Positions 22,023 through 32,450 of a DNA stretch of 63,117 nt are shown here, in pieces (positions within the stretch are counted from its first letter, which is position 1; each line of letters begins with the position of its first letter). This stretch comes from Candidatus Bathyarchaeota archaeon. Its GTDB lineage: Archaea; Thermoproteota; Bathyarchaeia; TCS64. The translations under genes were made by a program, and so were the position numbers. The stretch spans positions 1 to 63,117 of the forward strand of contig JBDRQD010000075.1 of NCBI GenBank assembly GCA_043826455.1, read 5' to 3'. The notes beneath the pieces were generated by a model. That model was given only the letters and a program-made list of their open reading frames with translations, did no database searches and was not told where the DNA came from.

Positions 22023-23474
22023 ATGACTGGGAAAGAGTCCTCTAAGAAGGAGCTGACGCCGAAGGAGAACTTCAGCGACTGGTATGACAACGTTCTCCTT
22101 GAGGCAAAGGTGGCTGACGACCGGTACCCGGTGAAGGGCTTCACTGTGTACACCGGGTGGGGGTTCAGCGTAGCTAAACGCATCATAGGGATGCTTGAGG
22201 AAGAGCTTGAGAAGAACGGCAACGAGCCCATGCAGTTCCCAGTCGTGATACCTGAGGACAGCTTCCAGAAGGAGGAGGACCACATCGAGGGCTTCAGCGC
22301 CGAGGTCTTCTGGATCACCCATGCCGGGGACAACCTGCTGGACCGGAGGCTGGTGCTGAGGCCGACCAGCGAGACGGCCATATACCCCATGTTCAAGCTG
22401 TGGACCAGGAGCCACCAGGACCTGCCCATCAAGATGCACCAGACCTGTAACGTGTACAGATACGAGACCAAGGCCACTAGGCCCCTGTACCGTGGCCGGG
22501 AGTTCCTGTGGAACGAGGGCCACACGGCCCACGCGTCCTACGAGGAGGCCGAGGAGGAGGTGAGGAAGGCGGCTAAAATCTATCGGAGCGTATACGACAG
22601 GCTAGGCCTCAGCTACATAATGCTCAGGAGGCCTGACTTCGACAAGTTCGCCGGCGCAGACTACAGCATAGCCTTCGACACCTGGAACCCGGACGGCAAG
22701 GTGAACCAGATAGGCACCGTCCACCAGCTGGGCCACAACTTCGCCAAGGCCTTCGACCTCAACTACGAGGACGCGGAGGGTGGGAGAGCCTTCGCGGTCA
22801 CAACGTGCTACGGCATGGGGTTCGGCAGGACACTGGCCGCCACCATCGCCCACCATGGGGACGACCACGGACTGGTGCTGCCGCCTCTGGTGGCCCCGAA
22901 GCAGGTGGTGGTAATCCCCATACTGTTCAAGGGCAAGTCGGAGGGCGTCAACGAGTACGCCAAGGAGGTGAAAGGGGCGCTGGAGGCCGCCGGTATAAGA
23001 ACAGCCCTGGACGACGACGACAGGTTCAGCGCCGGGGACAAGTACTACAGGTGGGAGATGTACGGCGTCCCGGTGCGGGCCGAGGTGGGCCCCCGGGAGG
23101 CCAAGAGCAGGCGGGTCACCCTGGTGAGGCGTGACACCTTCGAGAAGGTGACGGTGGACGAGGCGGAGGTGGTGGACAAGGTCCATGAGCTATTCAGCCT
23201 CATCTTCGAGAACCTACGGGACAGGAGCAGGAGGACCCTGGAGAGCCTCACCGTGGACGCCTACGACATGGATCAGCTCCGCGTCTACATGGAGTCGCGG
23301 ATGATCGTCCGCGTCAACTGGTGCGGAGCCCCCGACTGTGCCTACAACATGAAGGACCTGGTGGCCGGGGAGATCAGGGGCACCAGGTGGGACGCTGAGG
23401 AGAAGCCCACGGGGGGCTGTATCCTCTGCGGGGACGAGGCCAAGTATGTGGCCTACGTCAGCAGGACCTACTAG
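22023..23474 (+). CDS. proS: Proline--tRNA ligase, archaeal type
   Basis: 'NFSDWY', 'LRPTSET', 'RYETK', 'REFLWNEGHT', C-terminal Zn-binding Cys. Confidence 0.96.
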   Translation: MTGKESSKKELTPKENFSDWYDNVLLEAKVADDRYPVKGFTVYTGWGFSVAKRIIGMLEEELEKNGNEPMQFPVVIPEDSFQKEEDHIEGFSAEVFWITHAGDNLLDRRLVLRPTSETAIYPMFKLWTRSHQDLPIKMHQTCNVYRYETKATRPLYRGREFLWNEGHTAHASYEEAEEEVRKAAKIYRSVYDRLGLSYIMLRRPDFDKFAGADYSIAFDTWNPDGKVNQIGTVHQLGHNFAKAFDLNYEDAEGGRAFAVTTCYGMGFGRTLAATIAHHGDDHGLVLPPLVAPKQVVVIPILFKGKSEGVNEYAKEVKGALEAAGIRTALDDDDRFSAGDKYYRWEMYGVPVRAEVGPREAKSRRVTLVRRDTFEKVTVDEAEVVDKVHELFSLIFENLRDRSRRTLESLTVDAYDMDQLRVYMESRMIVRVNWCGAPDCAYNMKDLVAGEIRGTRWDAEEKPTGGCILCGDEAKYVAYVSRTY

Positions 23475-24376
23475 AGCCTGATCTTTAGGCCGTCGCTGGC
23501 CAGCTCATGGCCCGCGTCGTACACTATCTTCCTGTATGGTTTGTTCGTGTCGAGTACAGGGTTAGTGTGGTTTAAGTGGGTGTAGACTACTCTGCCCACG
23601 TCCACGTCTGAGAGGAGCTTGACGCACTCCTCCAGGGGCACGTGGCCCAGCCGGTAGCTAGTCACCGGGATGCCGCTCACCCTGGTCAACTCGTCGTCCC
23701 ACCAGAAACATGCGTCCACTATGAAGAGGTCGGCGCCTTCCAGCCGTTCCCTGAGCCTGTCCGTTATCTGTCCGAGGTCGGGGGCGTATATGAACCGTTT
23801 TCCGCCGTGGCTGAACTCGTAGGCATAGGTGGTGCTGGGGTACCTGCTGCCGTCGTCCAGGACCTGGGTGTGGGGCACCTCAAATCCCCTCACCTTCAGC
23901 CCGCCCAGGACGGTCACCCACTCATCCTCCTGGAGGGGTCTGGGTATGACGTAGTTCCTGGCGAGCCTGCCCAGTTCACCGAAGTAGGCGGGTCTCTCCT
24001 CCGAGCCGAACATGAACTCGATTAGGTCCGGGGGGGCATAGACGGGCAGCTCGAAGCTCTTCCCGGTGCAGAACTCCGCTACGCCCACTGTGTGGTCCGC
24101 GTGGCCGTGGGTGAGGAACACGGCCTCTAGGCGGCTCATGCGTCCGGTACGCCCGGCCTCCTCGGGGGTGGGCGCCAGTCCGTGGGCCTCCAGCTGCTGC
24201 TTGAGGTCGTGGCCCGCGTCCACAAGCACGTACCTTGCCCCGTCTATGGTGACTGCGATGGATGAGCGTGTCCGTCTGAGGCTGGGGTCCGCCCTGGCGG
24301 TCATGCAGTTGGCGCAGGCGCAGTCCCACTCTGGGACGCCGCCGATGCTGGCCGTTCCTAGGAAGGTTATCTCCAT
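23471..24376 (-). CDS. PqqB/PhnP-like MBL-fold protein
   Basis: 'LGTASIGGVPEWDCACANC', 'LTHGHADH', 'GH', 'THLNHTNP'. Confidence 0.8.
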   Translation of the reverse strand: MEITFLGTASIGGVPEWDCACANCMTARADPSLRRTRSSIAVTIDGARYVLVDAGHDLKQQLEAHGLAPTPEEAGRTGRMSRLEAVFLTHGHADHTVGVAEFCTGKSFELPVYAPPDLIEFMFGSEERPAYFGELGRLARNYVIPRPLQEDEWVTVLGGLKVRGFEVPHTQVLDDGSRYPSTTYAYEFSHGGKRFIYAPDLGQITDRLRERLEGADLFIVDACFWWDDELTRVSGIPVTSYRLGHVPLEECVKLLSDVDVGRVVYTHLNHTNPVLDTNKPYRKIVYDAGHELASDGLKIRL

Positions 24377-24472
24377 GTGTGAACCACTGCTTCGAGGCAG
24401 TAAAAGAGGTTAATCGTCTGGGGCGAGCCAGCGTGCAAGTCACCTTAAAAACGTGGGCGCTGAGGCTAACCC

Positions 24473-25009
24473 ATGGAGCCCGTGTACCGACCCTCCGAGG
24501 ACTCTTACCTGCTTCTAAGGCACGTGGAGAGGCTGGTCTCTGGGGACGTACTGGACATGGGCACAGGATCAGGGATACAAGCTGTGGCCGCCGCCCTTAA
24601 GGAGGAGGTCTCCTCGGTGACCGCTGTTGACATCAACCCCGCCGCCCTCATAGAGGCCGAGAAGAGGGGAAAGATGGCGGGGACCCTGGGGAAGATGAGG
24701 TTCACCCTCAGCGACCTCTTCAGCGGCGTGGAAGGCGTCTTCGACTGGATAATCTTCAACCCGCCCTACCTGCCATCCGAGGGGGAGGCCGACGAGGCGT
24801 CATGGGCGGGAGGAGGGGGAGGCGGCGACGTTATCAGGAGGTTCCTGGCTGAGGCGCACAGCCACCTGAAGCCCGGCGGCGTACTCATGGTATACAGTAG
24901 CCTGACGGGTATAGGTGAAAAAGATTTCGAGGGTTACCGGGTGGAGGTTCTCGAGGAGCAGCCCCTCTTCTATGAGACCCTCATCTGCGTCAGGCTTACC
25001 CCATCTTGA
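24473..25009 (+). CDS. HemK2/PrmC-like N5-glutamine methyltransferase
   Basis: 'VYRPSEDSYLL', 'LDMGTGSG', 'FNPPY'. Confidence 0.88.
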   Translation: MEPVYRPSEDSYLLLRHVERLVSGDVLDMGTGSGIQAVAAALKEEVSSVTAVDINPAALIEAEKRGKMAGTLGKMRFTLSDLFSGVEGVFDWIIFNPPYLPSEGEADEASWAGGGGGGDVIRRFLAEAHSHLKPGGVLMVYSSLTGIGEKDFEGYRVEVLEEQPLFYETLICVRLTPS

Positions 25010-25313
25010 GGCCCATGGCCAGACCCACGGCGAAGCTGGCCGCGAAGGGCAGGTTGGCTATCATGGCGGTCAGCACGCCCTCCAAGGCGCCCATCCCTGA
25101 GACGACTCCTCCTGCCCAGTTCTCCAGGCCGACGTAGTCGATGTTGATTATTCCCTGGTATGCTAGGTACTGGAGGCCCAGGAAGAACAGGCCGATGATG
25201 ACCGCCACGATCTTGGCCATCTTCTTCACGGCGTAGCCCACGCATAGGCCGCCGAGGCCGCCTACCCCTAGCTGGGCCAAGAGGGGTGTGAGTAAGCTAG
25301 GTGATTCGCTCAT
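24996..25313 (-). CDS. FUN14 family membrane protein
   Basis: 'QLGVGGLGG..VGYAVKK..K', 'LQYLAY.G.I'. Confidence 0.8.
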   Translation of the reverse strand: MSESPSLLTPLLAQLGVGGLGGLCVGYAVKKMAKIVAVIIGLFFLGLQYLAYQGIINIDYVGLENWAGGVVSGMGALEGVLTAMIANLPFAASFAVGLAMGLKMG

Positions 25314-25351
25314 GAGGGGAAAATGTGCTCTGGGATTATATAAGAAAATGG

Positions 25352-26299
25352 TTAACTGGGCACGATGTGGGTGCCAGTCTTACCCTCCAAAGCGTCCACG
25401 GCCTTGTCCAAGCTGGTTATTATAGCGCGATCACCGCCCCGCTCCACGAAACCCATGGCTGCCTCCACCTTGGGGCCCATGCTTCCGGCCTTGAAGTGGC
25501 CCTCGGCCAGATACTGTTTGGCCTGGGCGACGGCCATCTTCTTGACGGGCTTCTCGTTGTCCTTGCCGAAGTTGAGGAGAGCGTGCTCCACGTCCGTGAG
25601 TATGAGAAATATATCCATGCCCACCTCCTCGGCCAGGACGGCCCCCGCCCTATCCTTATCGATGACTGCGTCGATGCCCTCCAGCTTGCCTGAGCCGTTC
25701 CTGATGACGGGAATGCCTCCGCCGCCACTGGCTATGACGATGACGCCCGACTCAACGAGCTTACGGATGACCTTGGCCTCGGCTATACCTACAGGGATAG
25801 GGCTGGGCACCACACGCCTCCAGGTCTTGTCGCCCGTGGGTCGGACCTGCTTCACGATCCAGTTGTTCTCCTTTGCCAGCCTCTTAGCGGTGGCCTCATC
25901 GTAGAAGGGGCCCACAGGCTTTGTGGGGTCCTGGAAGTCAGGGTCATCTGCGCTGACAATGACCTGTGTGACCACGGTGACCACTTCCTTACCATCGCCG
26001 GCAAGGAGGTTGTGGAGGGTCTGCTGCATCATGTACCCTATCTGGCCCTGGGTCATGGCGCCAAGCACCACCAGAGGCTGGGCCGGCACCATCTCGGCGC
26101 CCTGCTCCTGCTGGATGGCCAGGTTGCCCACCTGAGGCCCGTTGCCGTGGGTTATAGCTATCTCGTAGCCCTTGCGGGCTATCTCAGCGATCTGAGTGGA
26201 CGCGATGCTGACATTGCTCATCTGCTCCTCGAAGGTGCCCTTCTCGTGGGGCTGCTTTATGGCGTTGCCACCGAGGGCTATCATAACCCGCTTGCTCAT
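25352..26299 (-). CDS. arcC: Carbamate kinase
   Basis: 'IALGGNA', 'THGNGPQVG', 'PTKPVG', 'RRVVPSP', 'AVIDKD', 'GSMGPK'. Confidence 0.95.
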   Translation of the reverse strand: MSKRVMIALGGNAIKQPHEKGTFEEQMSNVSIASTQIAEIARKGYEIAITHGNGPQVGNLAIQQEQGAEMVPAQPLVVLGAMTQGQIGYMMQQTLHNLLAGDGKEVVTVVTQVIVSADDPDFQDPTKPVGPFYDEATAKRLAKENNWIVKQVRPTGDKTWRRVVPSPIPVGIAEAKVIRKLVESGVIVIASGGGGIPVIRNGSGKLEGIDAVIDKDRAGAVLAEEVGMDIFLILTDVEHALLNFGKDNEKPVKKMAVAQAKQYLAEGHFKAGSMGPKVEAAMGFVERGGDRAIITSLDKAVDALEGKTGTHIVPS

Positions 26300-26467
26300 C
26301 CGATTCACCGTGAGAGGAAAATAAGGAATGCGAGGAGTCTTAAAATACTTATCATGAAACGGGACAAACTGGACAGTTTCTGCCCCAGCCACGACTGGTG
26401 AACCTATTTATAGGCTGTCACTCTGAGACCTGTTATATCCTTAGCCGCCTATATCCTCTCGATACGT

Positions 26468-27958
26468 ATGGCTGAACGGGTCTTCCCTGAAGGATTCCTC
26501 TGGGGCACGGCCATCTCCAGCTTCCAGGCAGAGATGGGCCTCGGCGAGCCTAGCGACGGAACCGACTGGTGGGCCTGGGTCAACGACCCCACCAACATTG
26601 ACGTGAAGCGGGTGAGCGGGGACACGCCGCTCAACGGCCCAGGGTTCTGGGAGCTATACGACAAGGACCTACGCCGGGCAAGGGAGGAGCTGGGATGCAA
26701 CTCTGTACGGCTATCCATTGACTGGGGTAGGGTATTCCCTGAGCCCACCACAGGGGTGGACGTGAAGGTTGTTCGGGACCCTCGGGGTAACGTGGTGGAC
26801 GTGGAGCTGAGTAGGGAGACCATGGCTGAGCTGAAGAGACTGGCCGACATGGACGCCGTGAGGCGCTACAGGGAGATACTGGCCTCGGCTAAAAGCCACG
26901 GCTTGACACCCATGGTGACCCTCTACCACTGGCCCATACCACTTTGGCTTCATGACCCCATAGCCTGCAGGGACCACCTGAACGAGGCCCAGCGGAAGGG
27001 CTGGCTGGACCAGGGGACCATAGTGGAGTTCGCCAAGTACAGCGCGTTCGTGGCGGACCAGATGGGGGACCTCATCGACCTCTACGCCACAGTTAACGAG
27101 GCTAGGATCGTGGCCGAGCACGGGTACCTCACCGAGAGGGGGGAGTTCCCGCCGGGCCTCAACGATCCCCTCCTCTTCATCCAGTGCATGAAGCACCTAT
27201 CCATAGCTCACGGCGTGGCCTACCAGCAGGTGAAGAGGTGGGACAAGGAGAAGGCATCGCCTCTGGGCCCGGCGACTGTTGGGGTCGTAGTCGTCCTCCA
27301 AGCCTTCGAGCCGGACGACCCCAAGAAGCCTGAGGACGTCGCGGCCTCCAGGCTGGTGGAGTATATGTTCAACGAGTGGAACCTGAACGCCGTGTTCCAC
27401 GGCGACTACGACATGAACGCCGACATGGTGATACAGCCGGCTGAGCAGCACCCTTGGCTAGTGAAAGGCTGCGACTTCATAGGCGTCAACTACTACACAA
27501 AGTGGAGAGTGAGGAGTAAAGGCAGGGGCAGTGACCCCCTCCTGGACTTCATGTTCGCCCCCGGGAGAGGCGAGCGCAGCGACTACGGCTGGGAGAACTA
27601 CCCGTGGGGCCTCAGGAAGGTGGTGGACTGGGCCTACAGGCGGTACCGGCGACCCATATACGTTACCGAGAACGGGGTCGCCGACGCCGAGGACAAGCTG
27701 AGAACCCGGTATCTCACAGGCCACCTGGAGGAGCTGAACAAGGCCATAGCCATTGACCGTGTTCCCGTGAAAGGGTACTTCTACTGGACACTGATGGACA
27801 ACTTCGAGTGGAGCGACGGATACAAGATACACTTCGGCTTATACAGGGTGAATAGAGAGTCGAAGGAGAGAACGCCCACCAAAGCGGTCAAGGTCTTCAA
27901 AGATATAGCGTCAACAAACAGAATGGAAGTATCCACGAAACGCAGAGAGCACGACTGA
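26468..27958 (+). CDS. Glycoside hydrolase family 1 (archaeal beta-glycosidase type)
   Basis: 'FPEGFLWG..SSFQAEMG', 'TVNE', 'GVNYY', 'TENG', 'DNFEW'. Confidence 0.93.
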   Translation: MAERVFPEGFLWGTAISSFQAEMGLGEPSDGTDWWAWVNDPTNIDVKRVSGDTPLNGPGFWELYDKDLRRAREELGCNSVRLSIDWGRVFPEPTTGVDVKVVRDPRGNVVDVELSRETMAELKRLADMDAVRRYREILASAKSHGLTPMVTLYHWPIPLWLHDPIACRDHLNEAQRKGWLDQGTIVEFAKYSAFVADQMGDLIDLYATVNEARIVAEHGYLTERGEFPPGLNDPLLFIQCMKHLSIAHGVAYQQVKRWDKEKASPLGPATVGVVVVLQAFEPDDPKKPEDVAASRLVEYMFNEWNLNAVFHGDYDMNADMVIQPAEQHPWLVKGCDFIGVNYYTKWRVRSKGRGSDPLLDFMFAPGRGERSDYGWENYPWGLRKVVDWAYRRYRRPIYVTENGVADAEDKLRTRYLTGHLEELNKAIAIDRVPVKGYFYWTLMDNFEWSDGYKIHFGLYRVNRESKERTPTKAVKVFKDIASTNRMEVSTKRREHD

Positions 27959-28126
27959 TTCAAGTGACCTACTTTCTCTTACTCCGCCACCCTAATACGC
28001 ACGGTCTCTGCTCTCAGACTGCAGAAGGCGCCGTCTCAGATGCGTAATTAATCCATATTTAAACTATTCATATGTTTAGTTCAGCAGACACCTAAGTCAG
28101 ATACATGTGAATCACTGAACAAAGAA

Positions 28127-29074
28127 TTATTTTTTGAGAACCTCATACAACTTCTTTAGGCTCCTCTTATAGAAGAATTTCTCCAACTTCAAGGCACGGT
28201 ACTCCTCAGGAACAGGAATCGTGCAGGCATCCTTGACAGAGCCGCCCCTGTCTATGACTTCCTGAACGAGCGCCTTTAGAGTGTTGATATACTCCTTCCC
28301 GTAGTCGAGAATCTCGACGCCGCCGAAACCCGAGTGAGAGGGAACAACCACCTCTGCGCCGAACTTCTTCAACTCGTCCAGAATCCTCAATATGTTGAGA
28401 GGATTCCCCATATCTATACATGGGTGCCAACCATGATAGCAAAGGTCCCCACAGAAAAGTAATCTGTCCTCTGGGATGAAGACCACAACATCACTCTCAG
28501 AGTGTGCATCCCTGTACTCGGTCAGCTGAACTGTCTTCTCCGAACCATGAATACTCATACTGCCATTGAAGGTAATATTGGGCGGCGTAAGCCTAAACAC
28601 CGGGTAAGCGTCGATCATCCCCTGAAGGTAACCTGCGAAAATCTTGGCAAATGTCTTGTCTTCTTCTGTTCCCTGTTTAAGTTGTTTATTTATGCCCTCG
28701 ATTCCATTCTTGGCGTTGTTATAGTCTTTCTCGATCTCACTCGCACCCTTGGATACTAATATTCTACGAGTCGCATCTGAAGAGATGATCACTGTGTCTT
28801 GAAATACCTGGTTTCCTCTCACGTGATCCTCATGCCAGTGGTCGTTCACCACAAAGTTAGGCTCTCTACCAGTCAAGCATGTGGCTGCTTTCCTGAGCTC
28901 GTGGGCTGTCTGTGGCGTTAATCCAGTGTCAATAATGAGTGTTTCTTCTCCGAGATCGATAATACCTGAGCCACAGATATGTGAGCCTCCGTCAATGTGT
29001 TCGGCAATCCATACACCATCAGAGACGATCTTTATCCTGAAGTCCTTAGAGAAGATGTTTTCAGGCTTCATCAC
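28127..29074 (-). CDS. MBL-fold hydrolase (cyclase-like)
   Basis: 'IIDTG', 'HWHEDHVRGN', 'HSESD', 'GDL', 'PSHSG'. Confidence 0.82.
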   Translation of the reverse strand: MMKPENIFSKDFRIKIVSDGVWIAEHIDGGSHICGSGIIDLGEETLIIDTGLTPQTAHELRKAATCLTGREPNFVVNDHWHEDHVRGNQVFQDTVIISSDATRRILVSKGASEIEKDYNNAKNGIEGINKQLKQGTEEDKTFAKIFAGYLQGMIDAYPVFRLTPPNITFNGSMSIHGSEKTVQLTEYRDAHSESDVVVFIPEDRLLFCGDLCYHGWHPCIDMGNPLNILRILDELKKFGAEVVVPSHSGFGGVEILDYGKEYINTLKALVQEVIDRGGSVKDACTIPVPEEYRALKLEKFFYKRSLKKLYEVLKK

Positions 29075-29560
29075 TTTTTCTATTAGGTCAAACTCTGGAT
29101 AAGACTTGGGACATAATCTGATTTAAAGTGACTCAAACACCGTCAGTTGATAATAGTTGAATAATCAGGCAGCTTCAACATGTCCCTGTATATTTCTCGG
29201 GTGGTAACTATGATATTATCATGAGGTTTTTGATTAACCATGTTTTCCATGGCTCCTGAGCCGATGACGAGGAGGCGCGTCACTGAAGAAAAAGCTTGAA
29301 GCAGAAGATGGAAATTTTTTTCCACCTTATACCATGTAGCATGGGATAAGCCACCCAACGGAAAACATCACACCCACCTCACCAGCACAGCAGCCCCTAG
29401 GAAGAGGGGAGATAGAGCAGATGAACCTGAAACGGACGCCCCACGCAAAAAGGAGCCAGGGAGCCGGTCCATACGCCACACGGATCTTCACAGAACGCCG
29501 TTCCTTCCACACAGAAACATGGCACAATCAGCACACCAGGCACGCTGCAGCGGAGAGCCT

Positions 29561-29790
29561 GATGTGTAAAAAAGGTAGGGGGGGTACCCCCTAATGGTGA
29601 ATTTTTACATCATTAGGTTGGATACCCGCCCCGACGAGGCCGAGCAAGCACGGCATCTTGGATGAGTCGATGTGAAAAAACGTAGGGTGTATCATCTTAT
29701 GGCAGTTTTTAAGGTCAATAAACGAGTAAACCCATACCCGCGACGCCGACGAGACTCGGGGACCATGTTTAAAAAACGTAGGGGGGTATC
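29561..29790. repeat. Three spaced direct repeats ATGT-N1-2-A6-SGTAGGGKG(G)TAYC
   Basis: Copies at 29561-29588, 29669-29693 and 29764-29790 in a ~1-kb intergenic region. Confidence 0.75.
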
Positions 29791-30099
29791 GATTTTAGGA
29801 AGAAAAAACCTCCTAAAATCGGGGTCCCCAGCCCCTCCGACGCCCGCGACACCAGAAAAAGAAGATTACCAAAACCCTCTCATCTATTTTAATAGAGAAT
29901 CTAAAACACCTCCTTTTAGATTATTATTGTCCACAATCTATCGATAGGTTCAACTCCATACAAAGTTAAGCACGATGTTAGCCAAATGCAATCCAAAAAA
30001 AACTCACATTCTACCAAGCCACCGTCATCTGGGCTTAACAATAAACTGGTCATCTAATAACTGCGATAATCTTACAGGAAACCGTGCGATGGTGAGACC

Positions 30100-30408
30100 C
30101 TACCGGATCTCCATCTCGATGTAGACCTCGTTGGGGACCCTGATCCTCATAATGCTCCTCATAACCCGGTCCCTGGCGTCTATCTCGATAAGGCGCTTGT
30201 GCACACGCATCTCGAACCTGTCCCAGGTGTCGCTGCCGTCCCCGCAGGGCGTCCTCCTGGTGGGCACCACCAGCTTCTTGGTGGGCAGCGGGATGGGGCC
30301 GACCAGCTTCACACCGATCCGTTTGGCGATGTCCTTGATCTCGTCGCAGACACCCTCCAACTTCTCGGTGTCCGTACTGGTGAGCTTGATCCTTGCACGT
30401 CGCGCCAT
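30100..30408 (-). CDS. rps10: 30S ribosomal protein uS10
   Basis: 'GPIPLPTK', 'RRTPCGDGS.TWDRFEMRVHKRLI'. Confidence 0.97.
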   Translation of the reverse strand: MARRARIKLTSTDTEKLEGVCDEIKDIAKRIGVKLVGPIPLPTKKLVVPTRRTPCGDGSDTWDRFEMRVHKRLIEIDARDRVMRSIMRIRVPNEVYIEMEIR

Positions 30409-30473
30409 TATTATTCCCCGTTACAACTTGAGAGTCAGAACTTAAAGGTTACTAAAAAAGGGTTGGGGAGGAC

Positions 30474-31775
30474 CTACTGCTTGTTCTCTATCTCCATGAC
30501 GATGCCTGCACCGATGGTGGTGCCCATGTCACGGAGGGCGAACCTGCCCAGTTGCGGGAAGTCCTTGAAGGTCTCGATGGCGATGGGCTGCAGCGGCACG
30601 AAGCGCACGATGGCCGCCTCGCCTGTCCTCAGGAAGCTGGGGTTCTGCTCGACCACCTGGCCCGTCCTGGGGTCCAGCTTCGATATGAGCTTGTCGAACC
30701 TCACGGCCATCTGGGCCGTGTGAATGTGCAGGACAGGGGTGTAGCCTACGCCGATGGCCGTGGGGTGGTGGATGATAAATATCCTACCAGTGAAGGCCTG
30801 GGCTACGCGGCACGGGGTGTTTACGTGGCTGGCGACCTCGCCCCTCCTGAGCTTGTCCTTGGCGACGCCCTTCACGTTGAAGCCTATGTTGTCGCCTGGG
30901 CCCGCGCTGTCGATCTTGGTGTAGTGGGTCTCCACGCTGTTGACTTTACCCGTCTCCTTGCTTGGCATGAAGATCAGGTCGTCTCCAGGCTTCAGGACGC
31001 CTGTCTCCACCTTGCCCACCGGGGTCGTGCCGACGCCCCTGATGGTGTAGATCTCCTGAACGGGGATCCTCAGAGGCTTGTCGGTTGGCTTGGGGGGTAG
31101 CTCGAAGGTGTCCAGGGCCTCCAGTAGGCAGGGGCCATTATACCAAGGCATCTTGTCGCTCTTGGTGACCAGGTTGTCGCCCGTCCATCCGCTGGTGGGG
31201 ATGAAGTTGATCTTGGAAGGGTCGTAGCCCACCATCTTGAGAAGGCGGCTTACGCCGTCCTTGACCTCCTCGTACCTCTGCTGGCTCCACTCGACTGTGT
31301 TGTCGTCCATCTTGTTGACGGCAACCGCCATCTGGTTTACGCCCAGAGTCTTGGCCAGGAATGCGTGCTCACGGGTCTGGCCGCCCGGATTGGTCCCGGC
31401 CTCGTATTCTCCCCTCTTGGCGGAGATGAAGAGGACGGCTCCGTCGGCCTGGCTCGCGCCAGTGACCATGTTCTTGACGAAGTCTCTGTGGCCCGGGGCA
31501 TCGATGATGGTGAAGACGTTCTTCTTAGTCTCCAGCTCATAGAAGGCGAGGTCGATGGTTACACCGCGCTCACGCTCCTCCTTGAGCTTATCAAGGACCC
31601 AGGCGTACTTGAACGACTCTTTTCCAAGGGCTTTAGCCTCAGCCTCGAAGTCCTTCAGCTGCTTCTCCGGGATGGCTCCAGCCTTGTAGAACATGTGGCC
31701 CACGCTGGTGGACTTGCCGTGATCTACGTGGCCGATGATGATCAGGTTGATGTGAGGTTTCTGCCTCTTGCTCAT
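30474..31775 (-). CDS. tuf: Elongation factor 1-alpha
   Basis: 'GHVDHGKST', 'ERERGVTID', 'DAPGHRDF', 'NKMD'. Confidence 0.98.
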   Translation of the reverse strand: MSKRQKPHINLIIIGHVDHGKSTSVGHMFYKAGAIPEKQLKDFEAEAKALGKESFKYAWVLDKLKEERERGVTIDLAFYELETKKNVFTIIDAPGHRDFVKNMVTGASQADGAVLFISAKRGEYEAGTNPGGQTREHAFLAKTLGVNQMAVAVNKMDDNTVEWSQQRYEEVKDGVSRLLKMVGYDPSKINFIPTSGWTGDNLVTKSDKMPWYNGPCLLEALDTFELPPKPTDKPLRIPVQEIYTIRGVGTTPVGKVETGVLKPGDDLIFMPSKETGKVNSVETHYTKIDSAGPGDNIGFNVKGVAKDKLRRGEVASHVNTPCRVAQAFTGRIFIIHHPTAIGVGYTPVLHIHTAQMAVRFDKLISKLDPRTGQVVEQNPSFLRTGEAAIVRFVPLQPIAIETFKDFPQLGRFALRDMGTTIGAGIVMEIENKQ

Positions 31776-31948
31776 CTCTGAATTCTCCTACACCTTCAAC
31801 CAACATGAAGTTTAAAAAGGTTAGGTTTACCGGGTTTTAACGGCTTCATGTTTTATAAACGGATAAGCATTCGTCACGGAAAACCGTGGAACCCCGAAAA
31901 TGCGTAAAGTTTAATACGGGTACCTGTATCGGAGTGGTGGAGAATCAA

Positions 31949-32377
31949 ATGGCAAACGGCTTGTACGCTGCCCGCAGGAACAAGAAGGTTCGGAAGAAGA
32001 TGCGGTACAAGAGCAAGGACTACACGCTGAGGCTCAAGAGGCGCATGGAGAAGAAGGACATCCTTGAAGGCGCCCCCATGGGCCGCGGCATAGTGCTTCA
32101 GAAGGTGGGCATCGAGTCCAAGCAGCCCAACTCGGCCATCAGGAAGTGCGTCAGGGTGCAGCTCATCAAGAACGGTAGGCTGGCCACGGCTTTCCTGCCG
32201 GGGGACGGCGCCCTCAACTACGTGGACGAGCACGACGAGGTCACCATCGAGGGCATCCACGGGCCCCGCTCCAGGTCCATGGGTGACATCCCCGGCGTCA
32301 GGTATAAGGTGAGCCAGGTCAACGGGACGCCCCTGAAGCTGCTGGTAGTGGGCAAGGCCCAGAAGGCAATGCGGTAA
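31949..32377 (+). CDS. rps12: 30S ribosomal protein uS12
   Basis: 'GLYAAR', '[15 protein letters not shown]', 'GDIPGVRY'. Confidence 0.97.
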   Translation: MANGLYAARRNKKVRKKMRYKSKDYTLRLKRRMEKKDILEGAPMGRGIVLQKVGIESKQPNSAIRKCVRVQLIKNGRLATAFLPGDGALNYVDEHDEVTIEGIHGPRSRSMGDIPGVRYKVSQVNGTPLKLLVVGKAQKAMR

Positions 32378-32450
32378 ATTTTCTCGCCGCATTGACAATG
32401 CTTTTATTTATGTGTCCCTTTCAAAGTCACTGCATTCACGAAGTGGTAAG

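Noticed and set aside
29561..29790. Spaced repeats as a CRISPR array
   Set aside because: Only three degenerate copies, ~70-80-nt spacers that share motifs with each other, and no cas genes.
29143..29947. Short ORFs in the large intergenic region
   Set aside because: No recognisable motifs, and composition is dominated by skew and repeats.
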